NCBI GenBank assembly: GCA_020696345.1
Contig: JAEHCK010000011.1
Location: 213-64,212, forward strand
Direction of reading: 5' to 3'
DNA: 64,000 nucleotides
Origin: Thermoplasmata archaeon
GTDB lineage: Archaea; Thermoplasmatota; Penumbrarchaeia; JAEHCK01
Shown here: one piece after another, positions 48,165-57,313 of the stretch
Layout: each line of letters begins with the position of its first letter
How positions within the stretch are numbered: position 1 is the stretch's first letter
The notes under the pieces: model-generated
What the model saw: the letters and a program-made list of their open reading frames with translations, nothing else
Databases searched by the model: none
What the model was told of the DNA's origin: nothing
Position numbers and translations under genes: made by a program

Positions 48165-48880
48165 ATAAGTACAGGTCATTTGCCGATAAGATCTTGGACC
48201 CCGTTGCCAGGGCATTTTCCGGCCTCAGTCCGGATACTCTCTCTGCCGTGTCTTTGGTTTTTGCATTCATAGCATGTATCGCATTTATATTCGCCCATGA
48301 GGTGAATTATGAGAGTATGTTTAGCCCGGGGTATTATGTATATTATATGTTTGCCATAGCCAGTGTATGTATATTTCTTAACGGTTTTCTCGATGCGATC
48401 GACGGCAAAGTGGCGCGGTTAACTAATACTATCTCGAAACGCGGCGATTTTTTGGATCATGTATTCGACAGATATTCAGATATCCTGATCCTGGGCGGTA
48501 TCATGATAAGCGCATATTGTGATGTGCTGATCGGTGCGTTGGCGATCATTGCAGTTCTCATGACAAGTTATATGGGTACACAGGCACAGGCACTGGGGTG
48601 TGGTAGGAATTACGGCGGCATATTGGGCAGGGCCGACAGATTGGTAATTCTGATGATCGCACCATTGGCGCAGATGCTGGTACTTTATTATTTCCCGTCA
48701 GGCCGATTGCCTTTTATTTATATCAATAATTTTACTCTCATTGAATGGGTCATGATCTGGTTCATTATTGCAGGTAATCTAACTGCTGTTCATCGTGGAA
48801 TTCGTAGCTGGAATGAGTTGCGGGGCCAAGAACCAACAAAAAAAGGTATAATTAAACATAAAATTAAAGGCAAACATTAA
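48155..48880 (+). CDS. CDP-alcohol phosphatidyltransferase family protein
   Basis: DAIDGKVARLTNTISKRGDFLDHVFDRYSD fits D-x2-D-G-x2-A-R...G-x3-D-x3-D. Polytopic. Overlaps the upstream gene by 10 nt. Confidence 0.85.
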   Translation: MVLNKYRSFADKILDPVARAFSGLSPDTLSAVSLVFAFIACIAFIFAHEVNYESMFSPGYYVYYMFAIASVCIFLNGFLDAIDGKVARLTNTISKRGDFLDHVFDRYSDILILGGIMISAYCDVLIGALAIIAVLMTSYMGTQAQALGCGRNYGGILGRADRLVILMIAPLAQMLVLYYFPSGRLPFIYINNFTLIEWVMIWFIIAGNLTAVHRGIRSWNELRGQEPTKKGIIKHKIKGKH

Positions 48881-49073
48881 CATTGGGTTTGGATAGAGGG
48901 TTGAAATATCATCGTCAAAACCCTCTTTCCTCTAACGATTCATATCACCAATTCTACACAGTGTCCTCTTCCCTCTTTCCTGTTTGAAATAATAGCTAAT
49001 TATAATAATTATTGGTTGGATCAACTTGGATAGTTATTCTATGCGAAGCGTTCCACAACATTTAAATAATCGT

Positions 49074-49103
49074 GTAAAAAGTGTTCCAATCTTTATTTTA
49101 ATA
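49074..49103 (+). promoter_or_regulatory. Shared box AAAAAGTGTTCCAAT plus TATA-like TTTATTTTA
   Basis: 15-nt identity with 53286-53300. Located about 45-70 nt upstream of ATG 49145. Confidence 0.35.
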
Positions 49104-49144
49104 CTAACGATCATTTTTTTATTAATTAATTTGAGGTGACTGAC

Positions 49145-52100
49145 ATGCGGCGTACAGTTTCTGTTATTGTTGTGATCTTTTTATTATTGGGTGGATTTAT
49201 ATTACCGATATCTTTCGACTTGACTTCGCAAGATGCATCGGCAGAGGATTGGTATATGTCCATAGATGTGGATACCACCTGGAACACGGATATGGCCATC
49301 AAACAGGATATTTATATTAGCGCTGGCAAAACATTAACGATAGACCCGGGCGTTACAATTCTATTCGACGGAGCATTCAGTTTAATTGTAAATAGCACGG
49401 GCAAGTTGGTAGCGAACGGTGGCCAAACACAACCGATAACCTTTGACCGAACAGGAGGCAGTAAATGGGCAGGACTGGAAGTTCTTAATAATGCCAGGTC
49501 CGAGCTTGACTGGTGCACGTTTAATAATGCAAATAATGGGATCATTTTACAAAATAATCAATTTTATACCAACATCACGAACAGCTCATTCTCTAATTGT
49601 ATACAATATTTAAATATTAAAACTTCAAAGGTCAATATAACCAGCACGAAGTTTGAAGGTAAAGCATTTGATAAAAACCCAAACCAGATCCTGGGCAAGA
49701 TCGACATGGACAGCACCTCTGAAATATATATCCAGTATTTTGTTAACATATATACGGTGAACGGTTCGTCAGATCTGACCATGCGGGCGCGGATGACGTA
49801 CCCGGTTTCGAATGTGAACGTGGACCTAGATAATTTTGTTCAGGACCGGCTATTCGGTACCACGGGTTCTAATGGTACCGTTTCGAACATGCGTGCAACT
49901 TCATTGAAGATCAATGGCTCGGCAAAAACCCGTGATTATCAATTTAGTATTTATAAAATGGAAGTGTCCGATAAGTGGGACAGCACAATGCGTGAGGCCT
50001 TTGGAATTTCTCGTAATTCTACGAATTTTAATTTATCTTCAATAGTGAATCAATCATTTTCGGGTGATGATCTTGAAGTCGATTCAAATCTTCATATTAA
50101 TGCATTCTTCATGTTCAAATATCCACCTGTGATCACCTCAGCTTCAAATAGGGTGACCGTTTACGAGGATGCTCCAAAAACAGACAGTTTCATATTCTTT
50201 GATAATGATGACGATTCCGATCTCGAAAGTAATATCACTATTAATATTACCGACCAGCACGGGAAAACAATATATAGTGATGAGCCGAATACAACAGACA
50301 CATGGATCAGCTGGTATAATGAAACAGAAGAGTTAATTTTCTACAGGACCATCGAATCACCCGACACACCGGCTGGCCCGGGGGATTACAAGGCCAAAGT
50401 AGATGAGACCATTTACGTAACAATAACAGACCTATTGGGCCAGAAGGCAGAACACAGCATAATAATCGAGTATCATAATGTTCCGGACAAGCCGATGATC
50501 ACCGGGATACCGGTAACCATACCAGTGGTCGAGGATCAGGTGAAATATATCCCGATCTCGGTCTCCGATAACGATAACGGTACTGCCGACATATATATCT
50601 CAAGCAATAGTGAATATGTGAAATATGTCTACAATGATACCAATGACCAGAGTTTATATTTCAAGTTCCCGAACGAGTTTGGTGCGGACGGGTCACAACA
50701 GTTGGTGAACATCTCGGCAACCGATAACTGCTCGGATGAGGTTACATATAATTTTAATGTGCTGTTCAGCCAAACTCCCGACCGGCCGAAGATCATTGGC
50801 ACGATCCCGAACAAGATCGGTACGGAAACCGACTGGACCCCGGAGCTTGTATTGAATGATTATTGGTTCGACCCCGACCCAGATGATAACGCGAACACTT
50901 TGGATTGGTATGTGTCGGGTGTGAATGCCAAATACTTTGAGGTCTTCGGTGCGAACCAAACGGCCGTTTCACCGTTAAGCTTCAATTACATCTATGATAT
51001 TGATCTGGGTGGTGCCCGAAGCCAGGGTCAGATCGTGGATGATGTCACGATCTGGCTTGAGGATAAGGACGGGTTGAAAGTACATCAAAATATTAAATTG
51101 ATAGTGACCGGAACAAACCAGCAACCAAGCCTGCACAAGGTCAAGATCAATAATACCCAATTTTCGGTACAGCCGGAAGCCGGTGATAATGACCAAACAT
51201 ACAAGTTCATGATCGAATACAAGGACCGCGACGGTTTAAAAGGTGATGCACCCGAGCATGTCAGGGTAATTATCGATAGCGAGCAGCATGATATGCTCGA
51301 ACAAAACCCTGATGACGAAGATCATATCGATGGCAAGTTATATTATTACGAAACCAAGCTGAGTATCGGCACGCACCAGCATTATTTCGTATGCTCCGAC
51401 AGCGCTCTCTCTTCTCGTCAGCCCAAACTGGACGACGATCCGAACATAATATCGTTGCCAGTAGTGAGCTCAAAGATCAATATCGGTAAATTCAAAAGTA
51501 ATGACGGCAATTTCATAGCGAAAATAGCGTATACCGGTAATAAAGGCAGTGCATCGATCACGATTACGGCTACGGATGTTGTTTCTGTGCCTGCGGCCGC
51601 ATACGAGGAGCGCAAGGGCGATATCGGTGTATATTTCGTGATCAAAACCCAAAATATGAGCTCGATCATCTGGGTGGATATTTCGGTCAAGTTTGGTTCC
51701 GGGTTTGACAATTATGGTTCTCGTTGGTTGAAGAAGGACGATATGGATTTGGCTTATCTGGAGAATACCACCTGGCAGCCGTTGATACAGGAATCGAACA
51801 TGTTTCTTGAAGATGATATGAATATGCTGGGATGTAATTTCACGCGCACGAACATTTTAAGCGCTTTACTCATCGATAACAACACGGCCATGTTCACGGT
51901 GATCGGCTGGCTGGATGCGGATAGCGATGGGTATTTCAATGACGAGGATGATTTTCCGTTCGACACCGCAGCCAGTGAAGATAGGGACACCGACGGCTCA
52001 CCCGATAAATGGAACCCTGGAAAAAACCAAAAAGACTCCACAACAGAACCGAAGTTACACCTGGACAAGTTCCCAGACGACCCCGCAGCCAGCCTGGATG

Positions 52101-53041
52101 ATGACGAAGACGGCTATCCGGACGCATGGAACCCCGGTATGGGCTATAATGATTCCACATCGGACCCCAAACTGAACCTGGATATATGGCCCGGCGACCC
52201 GGAAATGAGTTTGGATACAGATCGCGACGGTTATGCCGATGGCGATAAATTGAACACGAAACCATGGATGGACCGTGATGACGACAACGATGGCATGCCC
52301 GATGCATGGGAGATCAAGTGGCTGGAATATGCCATCGAACATAATATATCCTATCATTTTAACCCCAAGGATCGGACCGATGGTGCGTATGACTGGGATT
52401 CGGACGGGCGCAATAATACCAAGGAGTATCTGGAAAACACCAATCCGTTCAAAAAAGATACGCCAAAGAAAGATGAAGGTATGCTTTCGGGTTCGGCAGG
52501 TTGGGCGGCTGTGATCGCCATGGTGGTGATCATCGTTATTTTAATACTTTTCATGTACACCAAAATGCATCGTGACCAGCTGCTGGAGCACAAGGTACGG
52601 GCGAAGATCCTGGACTATATTAACGGGCACCCGGGCACACATTACCGCAAGATCTTGAGCGAGCTGGACATGCAGATGGGCACATTGACCCATCACCTGA
52701 ACATGCTCGAACGGCAGAAATATATCAAATCACTCCAGGACAGCATGTACCGACGGTTCTATCCGGTGGGGACGCCCATTAAAACCGGCTTGTTATTGAC
52801 CGAGGTTCAAGAGCGCATTTTGGGCACAATGAAAAAAAGCCCCGGCATGTCACAGGCCGAGATCGCGCGCAGGCTTAACGTGGCACGTAAGGTGGTGAAT
52901 TATCATATGAAGATACTCTCGGATGCGGACTTTGCGCGTGTGGAGTTGGTGGGGCGGGCGAGCAGGTGTTATTACCTGGATGGCCTGGAGTTTCCGAAAA
53001 AACCCAAACCCACTATGCTCAGAGGAAGACGTGCTGCATAA
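49145..53041 (+). CDS. Receptor-like giant membrane protein: beta-helix / cadherin-like ectodomain, TSP3 stalk, TM, cytoplasmic tandem winged-helix HTH
   Basis: GAGGTGA lies 7 nt before ATG 49145 (the ORF track starts at GTG 49136). Signal anchor VSVIVVIFLLLGGFILPI. TSP3-like DADSDGYFNDEDD, DRDTDGSPD, DDDEDGYPDAW, DTDRDGYADGD, DDDNDGMPDAWE. TM AAVIAMVVIIVILILFMY. wHTH 1 HYRKILSELDMQMGTLTHHLNMLERQKYIKS. wHTH 2 MSQAEIARRLNVARKVVNYHMKILSDADF. Confidence 0.85.
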   Translation: MRRTVSVIVVIFLLLGGFILPISFDLTSQDASAEDWYMSIDVDTTWNTDMAIKQDIYISAGKTLTIDPGVTILFDGAFSLIVNSTGKLVANGGQTQPITFDRTGGSKWAGLEVLNNARSELDWCTFNNANNGIILQNNQFYTNITNSSFSNCIQYLNIKTSKVNITSTKFEGKAFDKNPNQILGKIDMDSTSEIYIQYFVNIYTVNGSSDLTMRARMTYPVSNVNVDLDNFVQDRLFGTTGSNGTVSNMRATSLKINGSAKTRDYQFSIYKMEVSDKWDSTMREAFGISRNSTNFNLSSIVNQSFSGDDLEVDSNLHINAFFMFKYPPVITSASNRVTVYEDAPKTDSFIFFDNDDDSDLESNITINITDQHGKTIYSDEPNTTDTWISWYNETEELIFYRTIESPDTPAGPGDYKAKVDETIYVTITDLLGQKAEHSIIIEYHNVPDKPMITGIPVTIPVVEDQVKYIPISVSDNDNGTADIYISSNSEYVKYVYNDTNDQSLYFKFPNEFGADGSQQLVNISATDNCSDEVTYNFNVLFSQTPDRPKIIGTIPNKIGTETDWTPELVLNDYWFDPDPDDNANTLDWYVSGVNAKYFEVFGANQTAVSPLSFNYIYDIDLGGARSQGQIVDDVTIWLEDKDGLKVHQNIKLIVTGTNQQPSLHKVKINNTQFSVQPEAGDNDQTYKFMIEYKDRDGLKGDAPEHVRVIIDSEQHDMLEQNPDDEDHIDGKLYYYETKLSIGTHQHYFVCSDSALSSRQPKLDDDPNIISLPVVSSKINIGKFKSNDGNFIAKIAYTGNKGSASITITATDVVSVPAAAYEERKGDIGVYFVIKTQNMSSIIWVDISVKFGSGFDNYGSRWLKKDDMDLAYLENTTWQPLIQESNMFLEDDMNMLGCNFTRTNILSALLIDNNTAMFTVIGWLDADSDGYFNDEDDFPFDTAASEDRDTDGSPDKWNPGKNQKDSTTEPKLHLDKFPDDPAASLDDDEDGYPDAWNPGMGYNDSTSDPKLNLDIWPGDPEMSLDTDRDGYADGDKLNTKPWMDRDDDNDGMPDAWEIKWLEYAIEHNISYHFNPKDRTDGAYDWDSDGRNNTKEYLENTNPFKKDTPKKDEGMLSGSAGWAAVIAMVVIIVILILFMYTKMHRDQLLEHKVRAKILDYINGHPGTHYRKILSELDMQMGTLTHHLNMLERQKYIKSLQDSMYRRFYPVGTPIKTGLLLTEVQERILGTMKKSPGMSQAEIARRLNVARKVVNYHMKILSDADFARVELVGRASRCYYLDGLEFPKKPKPTMLRGRRAA

Positions 53042-53282
53042 AAGCGATTTTTTATCGTTGAGTATAGCTAATTGCTGCTAAAATGTGTGTGAGTTATGGG
53101 GGTTATGGGAGTTACGGGAGTTTAAGAATTATTGGTATTTGGAGCATTGGAGCTTAATTTTCAAATTTACAATTTCAAATTTCCAATGACCCAAGCACTA
53201 TATTATCAAACCACGATCCATAATTCTATCAATATTAATAGATCTTTGATCACCGCTTTGTTCCAATATGCTTATATAATTG

Positions 53283-53314
53283 TCAAAAAAGTGTTCCAAT
53301 ATTTACTTTTATAG
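53283..53314 (+). promoter_or_regulatory. Shared box AAAAAGTGTTCCAAT plus TATA-like TTTACTTTTATA
   Basis: Same 15-mer as at 49076-49090. Located about 65-90 nt upstream of ATG 53378. A second GTTCCAAT lies at about 53261. Confidence 0.35.
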
Positions 53315-53377
53315 GGGAGAGCATATTTTTTAATAACCTGAATTGGAAACCTGAGTTTCCGATCAAGGAGGGTTAAT

Positions 53378-54520
53378 ATGGTGAAAAGTATAAAAAAAGT
53401 GAAAAAAAACAAGAAACGGATGAATAAAATATTGTACCTGATCGTGGGGTTGGTGATCGGGATCTTTATCTTCACGGCGGGCACCATGGCCATGATGGTC
53501 AAAGACGAGATCAAGGAGAAAGACCCAGGGCCGCCGCCAGAGCCTGTCAATGAAGCACACCTGTTCGTGGAGGATGTCTACTTTATGATGGACGGCAGTA
53601 GAGCGGCTGTTGATGGAGACGGAATTGAAAGAGTGGATATAATTACCACCGTATATATCACAAATGACGGTCTTGCCGAGGCAAAGAATGTGAAGATCAC
53701 TGCCTGGCCAATGGATGAGGACAAGAACATGGGCAAGGATAAAGTTGATGAGACCGTGGGAATAATACCCATCCAAAAGACATCGGAGATCGAGCTTACC
53801 ATCAGAGTACCGCCCGGTGCACGGCATAATGTTGATTTCCTGATCTTCGAGCGCGATCTATTGATCCTTCGCGGCAGCGGCTCGGTGGTGACCGAGGGTA
53901 CATTTAAAAATACACCCAAATACCAGACCAATGAGGTCAAAGGCACGGTGAACGATACCGACTACGACGGCATACCCGATGACTGGGAGCGGTACTACGG
54001 CTTGGACCCGAACGACCTAAACGATGCACACGATGATCCGGATGGGGACGGCGTGAGTAATCTGGAGGAGTATCGTGCTAACACGGAACCGAGAGATCCA
54101 AAAGTTGGTGGTTGTGAAAGTGATGATGATAAAGAAGAAAAAGGATTATCAAGCCTTGATAATGGGGCAGTAGTCGGTGGTCTGGGCATATTTATTGCAA
54201 TAATTGTCATAATCATCATCATTATTGCAGTATTTGCATCATCAAAGCATGAGCATCATAACAAGGTCAACAATAATCCCCAAGCATATACAAACCAATA
54301 TACACCGCCGAGCATATTGAATGTACAGCCAGGCCAAGTCATACCTAAACGCTGCTCACGGTGCGGTGGCTGGGTGGTGAACGATGCTTGCACACTCTGC
54401 GGCAGTAGATATCCACCAGCAACCACACCAACTGCTCCAGAGCCACAAATAGTTTCTGAAACAGAGGATGTTTCTGATACCAAAGAAGAAAATGCCGAGT
54501 GGGAAAGTGATCAGAAATAA
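53378..54520 (+). CDS. Receptor-like membrane protein: CARDB-like domain, TSP3 stalk, TM, cytoplasmic zinc ribbon
   Basis: AGGAGGG SD. Signal anchor ILYLIVGLVIGIFIFTAGTMAMM. DTDYDGIPDDWE, DPDGDGVSNLEEY. ESDDDKEEKGLSSLD. TM GLGIFIAIIVIIIIIIAVF. CSRCGG...CTLCG. Confidence 0.8.
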   Translation: MVKSIKKVKKNKKRMNKILYLIVGLVIGIFIFTAGTMAMMVKDEIKEKDPGPPPEPVNEAHLFVEDVYFMMDGSRAAVDGDGIERVDIITTVYITNDGLAEAKNVKITAWPMDEDKNMGKDKVDETVGIIPIQKTSEIELTIRVPPGARHNVDFLIFERDLLILRGSGSVVTEGTFKNTPKYQTNEVKGTVNDTDYDGIPDDWERYYGLDPNDLNDAHDDPDGDGVSNLEEYRANTEPRDPKVGGCESDDDKEEKGLSSLDNGAVVGGLGIFIAIIVIIIIIIAVFASSKHEHHNKVNNNPQAYTNQYTPPSILNVQPGQVIPKRCSRCGGWVVNDACTLCGSRYPPATTPTAPEPQIVSETEDVSDTKEENAEWESDQK

Positions 54521-54773
54521 TTATTTATTTATCGCAAATGCTTATAGGTGAAATATAATGATAATAAAAATGCCTAAATTAAGGATGAAGGATGTGTACG
54601 CTCACAGATAGGGATGCAGGACTCGCATACTCGGTTCCCTCGCTTGAGGGTTTCGGGTCTTGTCAATAAGCTTTCAACCCGCCTCCCGCATTCCAAATCC
54701 CGCATCCCTAACGACATTATCATAATTCAAATAATGAAAAGAAATTTATAAAACATTTCATTGGTGTTCATAA

Positions 54774-55745
54774 ATGATATCAAACTACAAGATCATTCAA
54801 AGAAATTTAACTATCGTTCTAGTTTTAATCCTTATCTTAGTTTGCTCCATTGTACCTGTACAAGCTCAACAGGATTCAGATACCGACAGCATGCCGGACA
54901 GCTGGGAGACTACCAACGGTCTGGATGCTAATAATTCTGCCGATGCAGATAATGACACCGACGCCGACGGGTTGACCAATAAAGAAGAATACGATAATGG
55001 CACCGACCCGAACGATCCGGATACCGACGGTGACGGCATGCCCGATGGCTGGGAGGTACAATACGGTCTTGATCCAAATGATGAAACCGATGTTGAAGAG
55101 GATCCGGATAAAGATGGATTTAATAACTTAGATGAATATAAAAGAAATGGAGATCCAAAAGATCCAAGAAAACCGGCTGGTGGTGCTGAGTCTGATGATG
55201 ATAAAGAAGAAAAAGGAATGAGTTCTTTAGACACCAGCCCTTTCTGTCTCTTGCTTTTAATCCCCGGAATCGTCATACTGCTCGTCATCATATTCGTGTA
55301 TACCAAGATGCGCCGCGAACGGCTCCTGGAGCATAAGGTACGGGGTGATATATTCGCCCATATCAACAAAAACCCCGGCGTGCACTACCGCGGCATCATG
55401 AACGAGTTGGGCCTGCACATGGGCACGCTCACACATCACCTGAACATGCTCGAGACACAGCGGTACATAAAATCGTACCAGGACGGCATGTACCGCCGGT
55501 TCTACCCCATCGATCACAAGATCGGCACTGGCCTGATACTCACCGAAATTCAGCACAAGATCTTGCAAGCCATACACGATAGCCCGGGGCTGTCGCAGGT
55601 GGAGATCGCGGGTAAAGTAAACCAGAACCGCAAGATCGTGCACTACCATGTGAAATTGCTCTCCGATGCCGGGTTCGTGCATGTGGAGCAGGCCGGCCGC
55701 GAGAGCAGGTGCTATTATGCAGGTGGGTTGAGAATGGGGGGATAA
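54774..55745 (+). CDS. Short receptor-like membrane protein: TSP3 stalk only, TM, cytoplasmic tandem winged-helix HTH (paralog of the 49145..53041 C-terminus)
   Basis: Signal peptide LTIVLVLILILVCSIVPVQA. DSDTDSMPDSWE, DNDTDADGLTNKEEY, DPDTDGDGMPDGWE. ESDDDKEEKGMSSLD. TM LLLLIPGIVILLVIIFVY. wHTH HYRGIMNELGLHMGTLTHHLNMLETQRYIKS and LSQVEIAGKVNQNRKIVHYHVKLLSDAGF. Confidence 0.85.
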   Translation: MISNYKIIQRNLTIVLVLILILVCSIVPVQAQQDSDTDSMPDSWETTNGLDANNSADADNDTDADGLTNKEEYDNGTDPNDPDTDGDGMPDGWEVQYGLDPNDETDVEEDPDKDGFNNLDEYKRNGDPKDPRKPAGGAESDDDKEEKGMSSLDTSPFCLLLLIPGIVILLVIIFVYTKMRRERLLEHKVRGDIFAHINKNPGVHYRGIMNELGLHMGTLTHHLNMLETQRYIKSYQDGMYRRFYPIDHKIGTGLILTEIQHKILQAIHDSPGLSQVEIAGKVNQNRKIVHYHVKLLSDAGFVHVEQAGRESRCYYAGGLRMGG

Positions 55746-55746
55746 T

Positions 55747-56124
55747 TTGATGAATTGATGCTTAACAGAAGCCAGGTTGGGTTGATGTTGAACAGAAACC
55801 AGGCTTAATTAATACTGAACAGAAGCCAAGCTGAGTTGATGTTGAATAGAAACCAGGTTGAGTTGACGCTGAACAGAAGCCTGGTTGAGTTGATGTTGAA
55901 CAGAAACCGGCTTCTGTCAATCAACAATGAATCAAGGTTTCTGTCAATCAACAATGAATCAAGGTTTCTGTCAATCAACAATTAATCCCGGCTTCTGTCA
56001 ATCAACAATTAATCCCGGCTTCTATCAATCAACAATGAATCTCGGCTTCTATCAATCAACAATGAATCATGGCTACTGTCAATCAATAACTCATCACGGC
56101 TACTGCCAATCAACAAATCTACAT
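55747..56124. repeat. Two abutting tandem arrays of exactly 27-bp units: 6 A-type units (55747-55908), then 8 B-type units (55909-56124)
   Basis: No indels across 14 units. A units end ACAGAAGCC or ACAGAAACC in strict alternation. B units start with the exact reverse complements GGCTTCTGT or GGTTTCTGT. Confidence 0.9.
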
Positions 56125-56245
56125 ATTATCAATTAATTCAATCTCCATTGTGCTTAAGATCGTAGATGAGGCATAATTATTAATAATGTAAAAAAATTCC
56201 ATCTCAACGATTTACGATAGATAACCATACAATTAGGTGAGATAA

Positions 56246-56842
56246 ATGCCGCGTAAAAATAAAAATAAAAGTAAAAGCACAAGTAAAAAATCCAAGAAAT
56301 CGGATGAAAAACCTAAATTCAAATTCGTATGCCAGAAGTGTGGTAAGTGTTGCGAAACTGAGACCATATTCATCTCGATCTCCGACCTGGAGCGTTGGGT
56401 GAATGATCAGACCATCTATCGTGTAATGCACAGGTTAGAACTACAAGAGATCGAGGGAAACTATAAACTGGTATTGATACATGATGATGATGGAAAATGT
56501 AATTTATACAATCGTGATAATAAAATGTGTATGATCTATGACACGCGGCCGGTTATGTGTCGTTCTTACCCGTTGGGATTTAACGGGCAAGAATATTTTG
56601 TAAAGAACAATAAATGTAAAGGACTTAACAAAGAGGATATGACCAAGCAGCAGCTGGATACCATACGCAACCACGCTTTTGAGGAGCATATCGCCCATCG
56701 TCAAATGGATCGTGTACTTCCATTACTTTACAGCCTGATCTTTAACAAATTGATCAAGGACTCACAAGCGTTTATGAACAAGCTTGCAGATCCGGATGAA
56801 GAAACCAAAGACACCGTAACTAGCGATGAAAAAACTAAGTAA
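56246..56842 (+). CDS. YkgJ-family (CxxCxxCC) cysteine-cluster protein with a basic N-terminal tail
   Basis: FVCQKCGKCCE plus distal cysteines (GKCNLY, CMIY, CRSYP). AGGTGA SD. Confidence 0.72.
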   Translation: MPRKNKNKSKSTSKKSKKSDEKPKFKFVCQKCGKCCETETIFISISDLERWVNDQTIYRVMHRLELQEIEGNYKLVLIHDDDGKCNLYNRDNKMCMIYDTRPVMCRSYPLGFNGQEYFVKNNKCKGLNKEDMTKQQLDTIRNHAFEEHIAHRQMDRVLPLLYSLIFNKLIKDSQAFMNKLADPDEETKDTVTSDEKTK

Positions 56843-56926
56843 ATTACTTGTCCATACCAAATTTTTTTACAAAAAGTATTTATGTAATAGTGAGTTAGGA
56901 TTTTAACTGACCTTGGGAGAGATACA

Positions 56927-57220
56927 GTGGTAGAAAAATTCAGCAGCAGAGTAATCCGACTGGGTGAATATTTACGCATAGCGATTCCGCTTGAGATCGC
57001 CAATACTGTTAATTTGGCTGATCAAACACCAGTTAATATATTTATTAACGACCAAGGAAACATTGAGATCGAGCTCCAAGAGTCTGATGCGCCAAATGCT
57101 ATGTGTGCAATATGCGGTATTTATGCTGCCAGAAAAAAATGTATCAACTGCGGTCGAATTGTGTGTTCGAAATGTTTCTGGGCCTTCGGCAGTCTTTGTA
57201 AGAAATGCGCAAGAAAATAA
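56927..57220 (+). CDS. AbrB/SpoVT-like domain plus C-terminal zinc-ribbon protein
   Basis: RVIRLGEYLRIAIPLEIANTVNL, then CAICG...CINCG..CSKC...CKKC. GTG start. Confidence 0.55.
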   Translation: MVEKFSSRVIRLGEYLRIAIPLEIANTVNLADQTPVNIFINDQGNIEIELQESDAPNAMCAICGIYAARKKCINCGRIVCSKCFWAFGSLCKKCARK

Positions 57221-57313
57221 TTTCATAGTTTTTTTTATGTTGAGATGTAATGAATCGAAATCCTTAATATCAATAAATCATATTTCCCCGCAACGAACTC
57301 GGGAGGTTTAGCA

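Noticed and set aside
54866-55682. Antisense ORFs 54866..55369 and 55257..55682 inside the wHTH receptor gene (similar ones lie inside 49145..53041 and the protease gene)
   Set aside because: The sense-strand ORFs carry clear domains. The antisense translations are Ser/Pro- or His/Val-rich with no recognisable features.
55747-56124. Possible CRISPR array (regular ~27-bp repeats)
   Set aside because: The units are contiguous with no unique spacers between them, and they degenerate gradually. The two halves are inverted relative to each other. No cas genes or leader-like region are present in the window.
55927-56136. ORF with MNQGFCQST nonapeptide repeats, considered as a confirmed multi-core peptide precursor gene
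   Set aside because: Any stop-free frame of a 27-bp tandem array stays open by construction. There is no SD and there are no adjacent maturation enzymes. I keep it only as an alternative hypothesis under the array finding.
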